This document shows, in pieces, positions 11,328-21,569 of a DNA stretch of 64,000 bases. This DNA is from an uncultured Acidobacteriaceae bacterium. Its GTDB lineage: Bacteria; Acidobacteriota; Terriglobia; Terriglobales; Acidobacteriaceae. The notes below the pieces were generated by a model. It did not search any database. It was not told where the DNA came from and saw only the letters and a list, made by a program, of their open reading frames with translations. A program made the position numbers and the translations under genes. Location: contig CAVZVM010000010.1 in assembly GCA_963778705.1 (NCBI GenBank), positions 68,241-132,240 on the forward strand, in the 5' to 3' direction. Each line of letters opens with the position of its first letter. The first letter of the stretch is position 1.

Positions 11328-12125
11328 TTACGCCGCCGTCCATCCGCCATCGATGGTGAACACAGACCCGGAGATAAACGCAGCTTCGTCCGATGCGAGA
11401 TACCGCACCATCGACGCAATCTCCTCCGGCTGACCGAGACGGCCCACTGGCTGGCGCGCCCGCAACTGCGCACGCGTCTCCTCTTTGTTGTCCTTGTGGA
11501 ATTTCTCGAGATATCCCTCTACAAACGGCGTCTCCACGGTCCCGGGGCAAATCACGTTCGCGCGCAGCGCCTTGGGATACTCGACTGCCAGCTGCCGTGT
11601 CATCGCGATCACCGCACCCTTCGTCGTGCAGTAGGCAAAACGCTGCTTGATGCCGACCATGCCGGCGACCGAGCCAATGTTGACAATCGCACCCACATGC
11701 CCCGTCCGCTCCTCTGCCGATAGCAGCAGTGGCAAGAACGCCCGACTTACCAGATAAACCGACCGCACATTGACGTTCAGCAACCGATCGAAGTCTGCGG
11801 CCTCAGTCGTTTCGATCGACCCCACATGGCCGATTCCTGCGTTGTTGACCAGAATGTCGAGCTGCTTCATGCACTCGACAGCCGCCACGATCGAACCGGG
11901 GTCAGTCACATCGAGGCGAAGCGCCGACGCCGAGCCGGTTGATGCCGCGAGCGCCTCTGCGGCGGGCAGGTTGATGTCTGCGATCCAGACAAACGCTCCT
12001 GCGCGAACTAACTCCTTGACCGTCGCCTCACCGATTCCGCTTGCCCCACCCGTCACCAGAGCGAATCGCCCGTCCAGTCGAAATGTAGACCGGGCATCCA
12101 GCGAACTCTTCTCAACGCTACTCAT
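11328..12125 (-). CDS. SDR family oxidoreductase
   Basis: TGGASGIG cofactor motif, NNAG, and a YCTTK catalytic Y-x3-K. Confidence 0.85.
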   Translation of the reverse strand: MSSVEKSSLDARSTFRLDGRFALVTGGASGIGEATVKELVRAGAFVWIADINLPAAEALAASTGSASALRLDVTDPGSIVAAVECMKQLDILVNNAGIGHVGSIETTEAADFDRLLNVNVRSVYLVSRAFLPLLLSAEERTGHVGAIVNIGSVAGMVGIKQRFAYCTTKGAVIAMTRQLAVEYPKALRANVICPGTVETPFVEGYLEKFHKDNKEETRAQLRARQPVGRLGQPEEIASMVRYLASDEAAFISGSVFTIDGGWTAA

Positions 12126-13351
12126 GCGAACCGTATTCCTCTGCGCTCGATCTCATGTTGCGCCTCTTCCAGAATAATCACTGTCGGGTCCGTCGTAGCG
12201 AGGGCCCGCGTCATAACGTTGTCGACGACGCTCGCGAATGCCGCCATCTGGGGTCCCACTGGCAGCTGCCGTGCTCCGAGCGAGATCTCTTCAATCTTCG
12301 TGTACGCCGGAATCCGCGCCTGCAACCCCGCGTCGCGCCACGTCGACCGCCGCACCCCGACTGTACCGTGCTTCGTCCTGCCCAAATCGATTTCCGGCGT
12401 GGCCAGAAAGCGCAGAAATTCCCATGCAAGCTCTTTCTGCTTCGATCCTGAACCCATCGCCATTGCCCAGAACACCGAGAGCGAGACCGGCTCGTGTCCG
12501 GGATCAACCGGAATCGGCGCAATTGCCACCTTTCCAGCCAGCGGAGAACCCGCGCGCTCCGAACGCGCCGCAAATCCGAACCAGTTCACCATCATCGCGA
12601 CCTCGCCCGCGAGAAAGACTTCGCCGGATTGGGTAGAGTCCAGCTGCGGGGACTGCGGATGGCAGATGGATGGATCACGCGCGACTCGCCGATAAAATTC
12701 CAGTCCTTGTATTGCCTCGGTCGAATTCACGTGGGCCCGGCCAGCTCCATCCAAGAGTTCGCCACCACGGCTCCAAACCTGCAGCGCGAAATCATAGAGC
12801 GTGTTGTGCCCGTCGGGAAAAGCAGCGAAGACGGTCCCGAAGCGGCCCTTCGCCGGATCGGTGAGAAAACGCGCCGTCTCTTCAAATTCGGCCCACGTCG
12901 TTGGCGGGGCGAGGTCACGCCCTAGCCTTTCACGATGCTCGGCCCGCAATCGAGCATCCTCGAACAGATCCTTGCGGTAGACAAGACACTCTGGCCCGTC
13001 ATGCCACGGCAACGACGACGATTGGCCATCGATCATCAGCGGTCGAACCAGTGACGCAGCCCAACCCTCCGGCCAATCGGAAATCGGTGCGATTCGCTGC
13101 CACTGATGCAAATCCTCCAGCGAGCCAGTAGACATACCCTCCGCCAGCCAGTCTGTCACCAGGAGAGCAAGATCGAAGTGTCCATCGCGGAGTCCGCCTT
13201 CCTTCAACGTCGACTCATACAGCTCGTGAATGCCGACCGAGACCAGCTCGATGGCAACGCCCGGGTGGCTTGCCTCAAATAGCCGCGCCTCATCTACAAG
13301 GGCACTCTCAAAGTCGCCGTAATTGCGGTGTGCAATGCGAAGCGTTCTCAT
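12122..13351 (-). CDS. extracellular solute-binding-protein-family-1-like protein lacking a signal peptide
   Basis: Start set at MRTLRIAH, because the longer ORF to 13675 would overlap eda. Sugar-ABC SBP-like sequence. No signal peptide or lipobox, and no permease or ATPase genes nearby. ATGA overlap with the downstream SDR gene. Confidence 0.7.
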   Translation of the reverse strand: MRTLRIAHRNYGDFESALVDEARLFEASHPGVAIELVSVGIHELYESTLKEGGLRDGHFDLALLVTDWLAEGMSTGSLEDLHQWQRIAPISDWPEGWAASLVRPLMIDGQSSSLPWHDGPECLVYRKDLFEDARLRAEHRERLGRDLAPPTTWAEFEETARFLTDPAKGRFGTVFAAFPDGHNTLYDFALQVWSRGGELLDGAGRAHVNSTEAIQGLEFYRRVARDPSICHPQSPQLDSTQSGEVFLAGEVAMMVNWFGFAARSERAGSPLAGKVAIAPIPVDPGHEPVSLSVFWAMAMGSGSKQKELAWEFLRFLATPEIDLGRTKHGTVGVRRSTWRDAGLQARIPAYTKIEEISLGARQLPVGPQMAAFASVVDNVMTRALATTDPTVIILEEAQHEIERRGIRFA

Positions 13352-13374
13352 CTCTATTGCTTCCGACGCGCAAT

Positions 13375-14053
13375 CTAGCTGTTGGATCTCTGCTCCGAGC
13401 CGCGAAAATCCGAAAAGACCTTCAAATAAGCTCGCGCCGATTCGGTAATCGTCTCCGGATGCCCCGCGTCCACCGCCGCCAGGTTCACCAGGTCGCTTCC
13501 AATGCCCAGCGCGCGCGCCCCTGCGCTCAGAAAACTCTCCGCGGTCTGCAGCGTCACACCGCCTGTTGGAATCAGCTTCAGATGCGGGAAAGGCGCCAGC
13601 AGAGCCTTCAGATAACCTGCGCCGCCCACGGCCGAGCAGGGAAAAATCTTCACGTAGTCCGCGCCTGCATCCCACGCTGTGATCGCTTCGGTCGGTGTCA
13701 GAGCTCCGGGGATGGAAACCTTGCCCAGCTTCTTGGTTGTCTCGATGACGGCAGGGTGCAGGCTGGGGCTCACCACGAACTCAGCACCCGCCTCGATTGT
13801 TGCCTCGGCTTGAGCGGCAGTGGTCACCGTGCCTGCCCCCAGCAGCAGTTTCGCGCCGTACTCCTTCCGAAGCTCCCTTAAGAGTTCGACTGCGCCCAGG
13901 CACCGTCATCGTCACTTCGACCACGGTCACGCCTCCGGCCATCATGGCCTCAACGACGGAGCGTCCCTGTGCGGCGGACTTGGCTCGCAACACGGGAATC
14001 AGACCAACCCGCTCCAGCGTCTCCTGCGTCTGCTTCGACATAGATTCCTTCAT
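13375..14053 (-). pseudogene. eda: 2-dehydro-3-deoxyphosphogluconate / 4-hydroxy-2-oxoglutarate aldolase, frameshifted
   Basis: N-terminal part is in ORF 13781..14053 (GLIPVLRA...VVEVTMTVPG) and C-terminal part in ORF 13375..13827 (IEAGAEFVVSP...KIFP...GGV). Skipping one G in ...CCTGGGCGC... near 13895-13900 restores ...TVPGAVELLRELRKEYGAKLLLGAGTV.... The start overlaps the kdgK stop (ATGA). Confidence 0.85.
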
Positions 14054-15147
14054 CGCGCAATGCGCGCTGCGCCGCCCTTCATCGTGCGTTCGACCTCAGC
14101 CAGCGTCACCATGCTGGTGTCCCCGGGCGTCGTCATCGCCAGGGCGCCATGGGCAACTCCGCAACGGACCGCCCACTCGATCGGCTTGCCGGCAAGGAGC
14201 CCGTAAATCAGTCCCGAAGCAAAACTGTCCCCGCCTCCAACGCGATCCAGAATGTCGATGTCGGTCTGGGGTACATGCACAATCTTGTCTTCATACAGCG
14301 CAATCGCACCCCAACCGTTTCGGCTCGCGGAGTGCGCGGTCCGCAGGGTGCTTGCGATCAGTCTCAGATTCGGATACGCCGCAGCAACCTCGCGCAACAT
14401 CTCTTCGTAGCCGGCAATCGGAAGCTCAGCAAAGTCTTCGCTCACGCCTTTGATCTTCACGCCCAGCATGGCCGTGAAGTCCTCTTCGTTTCCCAGCAGC
14501 AAGTCCACCTTGCGCACCAGGTCGCGATTCACCTCTTGCGCTTTGGCCTTGCCACCGATCGATCTCCAAAGGGAGTCGCGATAGTTCAGATCATAGGAAA
14601 CGGGCGTTCCGTGCTTCCTCGCGCCGTCCATCGCTTCCGCCGCCACCAGTGCCGTCGATTCCGACAGCGCAGCAAAAATCCCTCCCGTGTGGAACCACCG
14701 CGAGCCGCGTTGCGCGCCAAAGATCGACTCCCAGTCAAAGTCGCCTGGCTTTACCTGGCTGATGGCTGTGTTTCCTCGATCGGAGCAACCGGCGGCGGCG
14801 CGAACGCCGAATCCTCGCTCAGTAAAATTCAGGCCGTTGCGCACTGTCCGGCCAACCCCATCAAACGGAACCCACCGGAGCAGCGACGTGTCCACGCCGC
14901 CCTGCAGGATGCAATCCTCCACAAGGCGTCCCACCTGGTTATCGGCCAGAGCCGTAGCAATCACGGTTCTCAGACCAAAACAGCGCCGCAGCCCCCGTGC
15001 CACGTTATACTCGCCGCCGCCTTCCCACACCTTAAACTGACGCGTGGTGTGGGTGCGTCCTTCGCCGGGATCGAGGCGGAGCATGACCTCGCCGAGGCTG
15101 ATGCAGTCCCACTGCCGCGCGTCTTTGGGAATCTGGATTGAGTCCAT
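14050..15147 (-). CDS. kdgK: 2-dehydro-3-deoxygluconokinase (PfkB family sugar kinase)
   Basis: Start set at MDSIQIPKD. PfkB motifs present (GGGEYNVA, DRVGGGDSFASG). The upstream ORF extension is Arg-rich junk. Confidence 0.85.
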   Translation of the reverse strand: MDSIQIPKDARQWDCISLGEVMLRLDPGEGRTHTTRQFKVWEGGGEYNVARGLRRCFGLRTVIATALADNQVGRLVEDCILQGGVDTSLLRWVPFDGVGRTVRNGLNFTERGFGVRAAAGCSDRGNTAISQVKPGDFDWESIFGAQRGSRWFHTGGIFAALSESTALVAAEAMDGARKHGTPVSYDLNYRDSLWRSIGGKAKAQEVNRDLVRKVDLLLGNEEDFTAMLGVKIKGVSEDFAELPIAGYEEMLREVAAAYPNLRLIASTLRTAHSASRNGWGAIALYEDKIVHVPQTDIDILDRVGGGDSFASGLIYGLLAGKPIEWAVRCGVAHGALAMTTPGDTSMVTLAEVERTMKGGAARIAR

Positions 15148-15323
15148 AGAGATAGGTTGAATCGTCCAAAGACACTGTATCGCATCGGCATGGGCATACT
15201 TGCCCCGCAGCGGGACGAGAAGCGCGGGCCGTGGTGATAGAGTTTTGAAGCGGACCGGCAGGCAGTGCAGAAGTGCCTGTAATCGGAAAACGATGATCGG
15301 ACCAATTTCACAGGGAAGAACGC

Positions 15324-16100
15324 ATGACCCAGAATCTCTTCGATCTGACCGGAAGAGTCGCAGTCGTAACCGGAGGAACCACCGGACTCGGCTATGCCAT
15401 CGCTCTCGGACTGGCTGGCGCCGGTGCAGACGTGGTACCCACTTCGCGGCGGACTGAACAGGTCGCCAAAGTGGCCGCAGAAATCGAGGCTCTCGGGCGC
15501 CGCTCTCTGCACACAACGAGCGATGTGCAGAGCAGGGAATCGGTACAGACTCTCCACGACGCAGTTTTGAAGACCTTCGGCAAGATCGACATTCTGGTTA
15601 ATGCCGCCGGGGTTACGGCGAAGGCGGCAACGCTGGAAGAAGACGAATCCGAGTGGACGCGCGTGATCGATACCAATCTGACGGGTACTTTGCGCACCTG
15701 CCAGATTTTCGGCTCCACCATGGTGCGCGCGGGCTACGGACGCATCGTCAACATCGCCTCACTCACCTCCTTTGTCGCGTTCTATCGGGTAGCAGCCTAT
15801 GCGGCCAGCAAAGCGGGCGTTGCCTCACTTACCAAATCACTCGCGGTTGAACTCGCCCAATCCGGCGTTTGTGTCAACGCCATCGCGCCCGGGGTCTTCC
15901 CAACGCCGTTGAACGCCTCGCTCATTCAGGGAACGCCCCGAGGTGAAGAGCTGCTTCTTCGCACGCCGATGCGGCGTTTTGGCGAGGCCCGAGAAGTCGC
16001 GGGTGCTGCAATCTTCCTGGCGTCGGAAGCAGCCTCGTTTATCACTGGAGAAATCCTCGCCGTCGACGGCGGATTCCTCGCCAGCGGAGTGAACCAGTAG
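15324..16100 (+). CDS. SDR family oxidoreductase (KduD / gluconate-5-dehydrogenase-like)
   Basis: [12 protein letters not shown] and YAASK motifs. Sits beside manD/kdgK/eda. Confidence 0.85.
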   Translation: MTQNLFDLTGRVAVVTGGTTGLGYAIALGLAGAGADVVPTSRRTEQVAKVAAEIEALGRRSLHTTSDVQSRESVQTLHDAVLKTFGKIDILVNAAGVTAKAATLEEDESEWTRVIDTNLTGTLRTCQIFGSTMVRAGYGRIVNIASLTSFVAFYRVAAYAASKAGVASLTKSLAVELAQSGVCVNAIAPGVFPTPLNASLIQGTPRGEELLLRTPMRRFGEAREVAGAAIFLASEAASFITGEILAVDGGFLASGVNQ

Positions 16101-16110
16101 CCCCGACACC

Positions 16111-17320
16111 ATGAAAATCGCCAAGGCCTACGTCAACATCACTTCGCCGGGACGAAACTTCGTTACGCTGAAGGTCGAGACCGACGAAGGCATCTACGGT
16201 CTCGGCGACGCGACCCTCAACGGCCGCGAACTCGCCGTCGCCAGTTATCTCACCGATCACGTCATCCCTTGCCTGATCGGCCGCGACCCTTTCCAAACCG
16301 AAGACATCTGGCAATACCTCTATCGCGGCCCGTATTGGCGTCGTGGTCCCGTCACCATGGCGGCCATCGGCGCCGTCGACGTTGCGCTCTGGGACATCAA
16401 AGGCAAGGCGCTCAATACCCCGGTCTACAACCTTCTCGGCGGCAAAAGCCGCGAAGGCCTCCTGGTCTACGCACACGCCAACGGCAAAGACATCGATCAC
16501 GCTCTGGAAGACGTAGCTCTCCACAAGGAGATGGGATACAAAGCCATTCGCGTGCAAAGCGGCATTCCCGGCCTCTCCAGTACCTACGGCGTAACCAAAA
16601 CTCCGGGCCGCTACGAGCCGGCCGAGCGCGGTCTTGCCCCAGGAATACGAGTGGGCCAGCGAGCCCTACCTGCGCCATGTGCCGAAGCTCTTTGCCAAGG
16701 TCCGAGAGACCTTCGGCGAAGAACTTCATCTGCTCCACGACTGCCATCATCGCCTCAGTCCCATTGAAGCGGGCCGTCTGGGGAAAGAGCTCGAGCCCTT
16801 CCACCTTTTCTGGATCGAAGATCCCACGCCTGCAGAATTGCAGGAAGGATTCAAGGTCATTCGTGAACACACCACAACGCCGATCGCCGTCGGCGAGGTC
16901 TTCAACTCCATCTGGGATGCGCACGACCTGATTCGCAATCAGTGGATCGACTACATCCGGATGACCATCGTTCACGCCGGCGGCATCACGCATCTGAAGA
17001 AGGTCGCCGACTTCGCCGCGCTCTATCACGTGCGCACAGGCTGCCACGGAGCGACCGATCTTTCTCCGGTCTGCATGGCCGCGGCTCTCCACTTCGGCAC
17101 AGCTATCCACAACTTCGGCATCCAGGAGCACATGCCGCACACCGACGAGACCGACGCAGTCTTTCCCCACCACTACTTCTTCAAAGATGGATTCATGTAT
17201 CCCGGCGATGGCCCCGGGCTGGGTGTCGATCTCGATGAGAAGCGCGCCGCGCAATATCCCTACCAGCGCGCCTACCTGCCTGTGAATCGCAAACTCGACG
17301 GAACGTTGACGGACTGGTAG
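16111..17320 (+). pseudogene. manD: D-mannonate dehydratase, enolase superfamily, frameshifted
   Basis: ORF 16111..16767 holds the N-terminal capping domain ([40 protein letters not shown]). ORF 16634..17320 holds the barrel ([21 protein letters not shown]). A +1 shift lies near 16630-16645. Confidence 0.85.
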
Positions 17321-17323
17321 ACG

Positions 17324-18646
17324 ATGCCTGACCCCACCGTGGAACCCGCACAGCAGCATGAGCCCGCTCTTCCGGGGCGTTGGACGATCTGCTCCATGCT
17401 CTTTGTGGCGACCACGATCAACTACATGGATCGTCAGGTCCTCTCGATCCTGAAGCCTGCCCTGGCTGGGAGCGTCATCCACTTGCAGCCGCTTTTACCG
17501 GGCTGGCCCAGTGTCGAATCGTCGATCCGCCTCACCGACATTCAATACGGCAATATTCTTGCCGCATTTCAGATCGCGTATGCACTGGGCGTCATCTTTG
17601 CCGGCCGTCTTGTCGACAGGATGGGTTGCCGGGCCGGCTATCCCATCGTCACTGGCCTGTGGAGTCTCGCTGCCATGGGCCACGCACTGGTGAATTCGGT
17701 TCTCGGTTTCTCGATTGCCCGCTTTCTGCTCGGCCTGGGAGAGAGCGGCAACTTTCCTGCGGCGATCAAAGCAACCGCCGAGTGGTTTCCCCCGCGCGAG
17801 CGCGCCCTGGCGACCGGCATCTTCAACTCGGGCGCGGGCGTGGGCGCCATCCTTGCTCCGCTGACTGTGCCGTGGGTGGCTCTCCACTTTGGTTGGCGTG
17901 CGTCTTTCTTGATCACAGGCTTCTTCAGTGCGATTTGGATCGTCTGGTGGTCGATCCGTTATCGCACCCCGCAGCAGGCACACCCGGCCTCTGCAAAACC
18001 AGCAACACCGACGGAATCCGCACCAACAGTGGCCTGGTGGCACCTTCTTCGCTACCGGCAAACCTGGGGCTTCATGATCGGCAAGTTCCTCACCGATCCC
18101 GTCTGGTGGTTCTTCCTCTTCTGGCTGCCCCAATACTTCAACTCGCGATTCAAGCTCGACCTGTCCCACATCGGTCTGCCGCTGGTCATCGTGTACGTCA
18201 TTTCCATGTTCGGCAGCGTCTTCGGCGGATGGTTACCGCGAGGCTACACCCATCTTGGGATGGCTCTACGGCCAGCGCGCCTGGCTGCCATGCTGACCTG
18301 TGCCTGCCTTGTGGTGCCGATCGTGGTGGCCGGCAGTATTCAATCCATCTGGCTGGCAATCGGCCTGCTTAGTATTGCCGCTGCCGCTCACCAGGGATGG
18401 TCCGCCAATATCTTCACCACTTCCTCCGACATGTTCCCGTCGCGTCATGTCGGCACCGTGGTCAGCTTCGGCCAGGTTGCGGGTGCTGTGGGCGGCGCGA
18501 TCTTTCAGCCCGTTGCCGGCCACATCCTCGAACTGACACACAGCTTTGTGCCGCTCTTCCTCTATTCTGGATTCGCCTATCTTCTCGCCTTGCTGCTGCT
18601 GCGCGCACTGGCTCCTGGCTTGCAGCCAGCCGTCGCCGTCGATTGA
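17324..18646 (+). CDS. MFS transporter, ACS/hexuronate (ExuT-like) family
   Basis: 440 aa and about 12 TM segments. NYMDRQVLSILKP and GRLVDRMG motifs are typical of hexuronate-type MFS transporters. Confidence 0.85.
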   Translation: MPDPTVEPAQQHEPALPGRWTICSMLFVATTINYMDRQVLSILKPALAGSVIHLQPLLPGWPSVESSIRLTDIQYGNILAAFQIAYALGVIFAGRLVDRMGCRAGYPIVTGLWSLAAMGHALVNSVLGFSIARFLLGLGESGNFPAAIKATAEWFPPRERALATGIFNSGAGVGAILAPLTVPWVALHFGWRASFLITGFFSAIWIVWWSIRYRTPQQAHPASAKPATPTESAPTVAWWHLLRYRQTWGFMIGKFLTDPVWWFFLFWLPQYFNSRFKLDLSHIGLPLVIVYVISMFGSVFGGWLPRGYTHLGMALRPARLAAMLTCACLVVPIVVAGSIQSIWLAIGLLSIAAAAHQGWSANIFTTSSDMFPSRHVGTVVSFGQVAGAVGGAIFQPVAGHILELTHSFVPLFLYSGFAYLLALLLLRALAPGLQPAVAVD

Positions 18647-18693
18647 AAAAATAGAATGAACGCCTGAGCATAACGAGACCGTAGAAGGAACCT

Positions 18694-19839
18694 ATGACAC
18701 AGACACGCAAACTACGCATGGGAATGGTCGGCGGAGGCCCCGGAGCCTTCATCGGCCCTGTTCATCGCATTGCTGCCGAGCTGGATGGCGACATCGAGCT
18801 CGTTGCCGGCGCATTCTCCCAATCGCCGGAGAAATCCCGCGCCGCTGGAGAGTCCTACAAGCTTGATCCCAGCCGGGCCTACGAAACCTGGCAGGACATG
18901 ATCGAGACCGAGCGTCGTCGACCCGATCCGATCGACTTTGTGGCGATCGTGACTCCTAACCATCTCCATTTGCCTGTGGCGGAAGCCGCTCTCAAAGCTG
19001 GCATCCCCGTGATGAGCGATAAGCCCGCCACGGCGACCTACTCCGAAGCGCTCTCTCTCCAGAAAACTGTCGCCGCCACCAAGATCCCCTATGGCCTCAC
19101 GCACACCTACGCCGGATACTCCCTTGTGCGCGAAGCGCGAGAGATCTGTGAAAGTGGGGAACTGGGCTCAATCCGCAAGATTGTGGCCGAGTACCTCCAA
19201 GGTTGGCTCAGCCGTTCCATTGAGAGCACGGGTCAGAAGCAAGCCGAGTGGCGTGCCGACCCGGCCAGGAGCGGCCCCGGCGGCTGCAGCGCCGACATCG
19301 GCGTGCATGCCTTCCATCTGCTCGAGTACATCTCTGGCCTGCAAGTGACCGAGATCAACGCGACGCTTCTCTCAGTCGTCCCCGGACGGCGTGTCGACGA
19401 CGATTGCACCGCTCTCCTTCGATTCAACAATGGCGCGACCGGATCGATCCTTGCATCGCAGATCGCAGCAGGGGAGGGCAATGGCTTTCGGCTGCGTATT
19501 TATGGCGAGGCGGGCTCGCTCGACTGGAAGCAGGAAGACCCGAACCGTCTGCGGCTCAAGTGGCTCGATGGACCCGAGGAAATCCGTCACGCCTCGGGCA
19601 ACTATCTCGGAGAGAGTGCTCGCGCCGCGACGCGCTTGCCCGGCGGCCATCCCGAGGGCTATCTGGAAGCATTCGCCGTGCTCTATCGCGAGTTTGCCGA
19701 TGCACTGACAGCATGGAAGGCAGGACAACCCGATCCGCTCCCGCCGACGCTGCCCGGCATCACCGCGGCTGTGCGTGGCATGCGCTTCATCGACCGTGCC
19801 ATCGAAAGCAGTCAACGGAAGAGCTGGATCGAGTTTTAA
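18694..19839 (+). CDS. Gfo/Idh/MocA family oxidoreductase
   Basis: N-terminal Rossmann fold (LRMGMVGGGPGAFIG) with the family-typical C-terminal domain. Confidence 0.85.
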   Translation: MTQTRKLRMGMVGGGPGAFIGPVHRIAAELDGDIELVAGAFSQSPEKSRAAGESYKLDPSRAYETWQDMIETERRRPDPIDFVAIVTPNHLHLPVAEAALKAGIPVMSDKPATATYSEALSLQKTVAATKIPYGLTHTYAGYSLVREAREICESGELGSIRKIVAEYLQGWLSRSIESTGQKQAEWRADPARSGPGGCSADIGVHAFHLLEYISGLQVTEINATLLSVVPGRRVDDDCTALLRFNNGATGSILASQIAAGEGNGFRLRIYGEAGSLDWKQEDPNRLRLKWLDGPEEIRHASGNYLGESARAATRLPGGHPEGYLEAFAVLYREFADALTAWKAGQPDPLPPTLPGITAAVRGMRFIDRAIESSQRKSWIEF

Positions 19840-19865
19840 GATGCATATGATTCGGGGGAAATCGA

Positions 19866-20963
19866 ATGAGAACGATTAAGGGGCCGGGGGTCTTTTTGGC
19901 GCAGTTTGCCGACGATGTTGCGCCGTTTAATTCTCTCGAAGGCTTAGCAACATGGGCAGCCAAGCTGGGTTTCGTCGGCGTGCAGATTCCCACATGGGAC
20001 AAGCGTCTCTTCGATTTGAAGACTGCGGCAGAAAGCCAGGAATATTGCGACGAAATCCTCGGCATCCTTGACGAGGCAGGAGTCGCTCTCACTGAGCTCT
20101 CGACTCACCTTCAGGGCCAGCTCATCGCGAGTCACTCTGCCTACGACACCCTTCTTGAGGGCTTCGCTCCGCCTGAGCTCGCCGGCAATCCCAAAGGCGC
20201 ACAAGCGTGGGCTGTGCAGCAACTCGAGTGGGCTGCCAAGGCCAGCCGCAATCTCAAGCTCAATGCCCACGCTACTTTCTCAGGAGCACTGGCTTGGCCC
20301 TTCTTCTACCCCTGGCCGCAGCGTCCAGCCGGGCTCATCGAGGAAGCCTTCCAGGAACTCGGTCGGCGCTGGCTTCCGATTCTCAACGATTTCGATGATG
20401 TCGGCGTCGACGTCTGCTACGAACTCCATCCCGGCGAAGATCTCCACGACGGCATCACCTTCGAGCGCTTTCTCAGTCAGGTGAACGACCATAAGCGCGC
20501 CAACATTCTTTACGATCCCAGCCACATGGTCCTGCAGCAGCTCGATTATCTCGCCTTCCTCGATATCTACCACGACCGTGTCCGCGCCTTTCACGTCAAG
20601 GATGCGGAGTTCCGCTCCACGGGCAAGAGCGGCGTCTATGGCGGTTACCAGGATTGGATCGATCGGCCCGGACGCTTCCGGTCGCTCGGTGATGGACAGG
20701 TCGACTTCAGCTCCATCTTCAGCAAAATGGCGCAGTACGACTATCCCGGTTGGGCGGTGCTGGAGTGGGAGTGTTGCCTGAAGCACCCAAGAGCCGGCGC
20801 GACTGAAGGGGCAATCTTCATCCGCGACCACATCATCCACGTGACCGACCGTGCCTTCGACGACTTCGCCGGGGCCGGATCGAATCAGGAGAAAAACCGT
20901 CGCGTGCTTGGACTCGATCCCGCTCCCGAGCCGGAGGTGCGGACCTGGCACGACAAGAAGTAG
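19866..20963 (+). CDS. sugar phosphate isomerase/epimerase (xylose-isomerase-like TIM barrel)
   Basis: 365 aa with AP-endonuclease-2/TIM-barrel-like motifs (YELHPGED, FHVKD). Commonly paired with Gfo/Idh/MocA genes. Confidence 0.8.
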   Translation: MRTIKGPGVFLAQFADDVAPFNSLEGLATWAAKLGFVGVQIPTWDKRLFDLKTAAESQEYCDEILGILDEAGVALTELSTHLQGQLIASHSAYDTLLEGFAPPELAGNPKGAQAWAVQQLEWAAKASRNLKLNAHATFSGALAWPFFYPWPQRPAGLIEEAFQELGRRWLPILNDFDDVGVDVCYELHPGEDLHDGITFERFLSQVNDHKRANILYDPSHMVLQQLDYLAFLDIYHDRVRAFHVKDAEFRSTGKSGVYGGYQDWIDRPGRFRSLGDGQVDFSSIFSKMAQYDYPGWAVLEWECCLKHPRAGATEGAIFIRDHIIHVTDRAFDDFAGAGSNQEKNRRVLGLDPAPEPEVRTWHDKK

Positions 20964-20973
20964 GCGCTCCGAT

Positions 20974-21477
20974 TCACCTGCGCCGCAAATGCTTCTTGGT
21001 CACGCTGACCATCTTTCCAGTCACCGCATAGGTCCTCCGCTCCACGGGCGAAGAGAAGACCAGGCTCGTGATCGGATTTCCATACGGCAGCAGCGCCTCA
21101 ATCAACGCTTCGAGGTCTGCCATGTTCGTGGTGGTCACCTTCAGCAGCAGGTCGTCTCCACCCGTCAGGTGGTGGCACTCCCGCACCTCCTGGAGCGTCT
21201 GCACGTATTCAATCAGCCGGTGATACTGCTGGCCTCCACTGCAGCTCATGCGCACAAACGCCAACACGTCCAATCCCAGCGATTCACGCTCGATCTCGAC
21301 AGAGTAGCCGCGAATGATTCCGACCTCCTCCATTTGTTTGAGCCGTTCCGCAGTCGCCGTCGCAGATAGCCCGATGCGCCGCCCCAACTCGGCAATACTC
21401 AATCGCGCGTTCGCTTGCAGCTCTTCGAGCAGCTTTCGCCCATAGCCGTCCATTAACGCCGTGGAATCCATGGTCAT
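20974..21477 (-). CDS. Lrp/AsnC family transcriptional regulator
   Basis: N-terminal HTH (LLEELQANARLSIAELGRRIGLSATATAERLKQME) followed by an AsnC-type ligand domain. Confidence 0.9.
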   Translation of the reverse strand: MTMDSTALMDGYGRKLLEELQANARLSIAELGRRIGLSATATAERLKQMEEVGIIRGYSVEIERESLGLDVLAFVRMSCSGGQQYHRLIEYVQTLQEVRECHHLTGGDDLLLKVTTTNMADLEALIEALLPYGNPITSLVFSSPVERRTYAVTGKMVSVTKKHLRRR

Positions 21478-21569
21478 AGTTCGCCAGTATAGTTGATCGC
21501 AATACCAAAGGGATTCCTGAATAGCCGTTTCACCTGTACGCGCCCGTCTCGCTGGCCTACCATCTTGGC

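Noticed and set aside
12122-13675. Long N-terminal extension of the SBP-like ORF (517 aa), and likewise the kdgK ORF extension to 15516
   Set aside because: The extensions are Arg/Gly-rich, and the first one overlaps the eda coding region. Family-typical N-termini begin at the internal Met codons (13351 and 15147).
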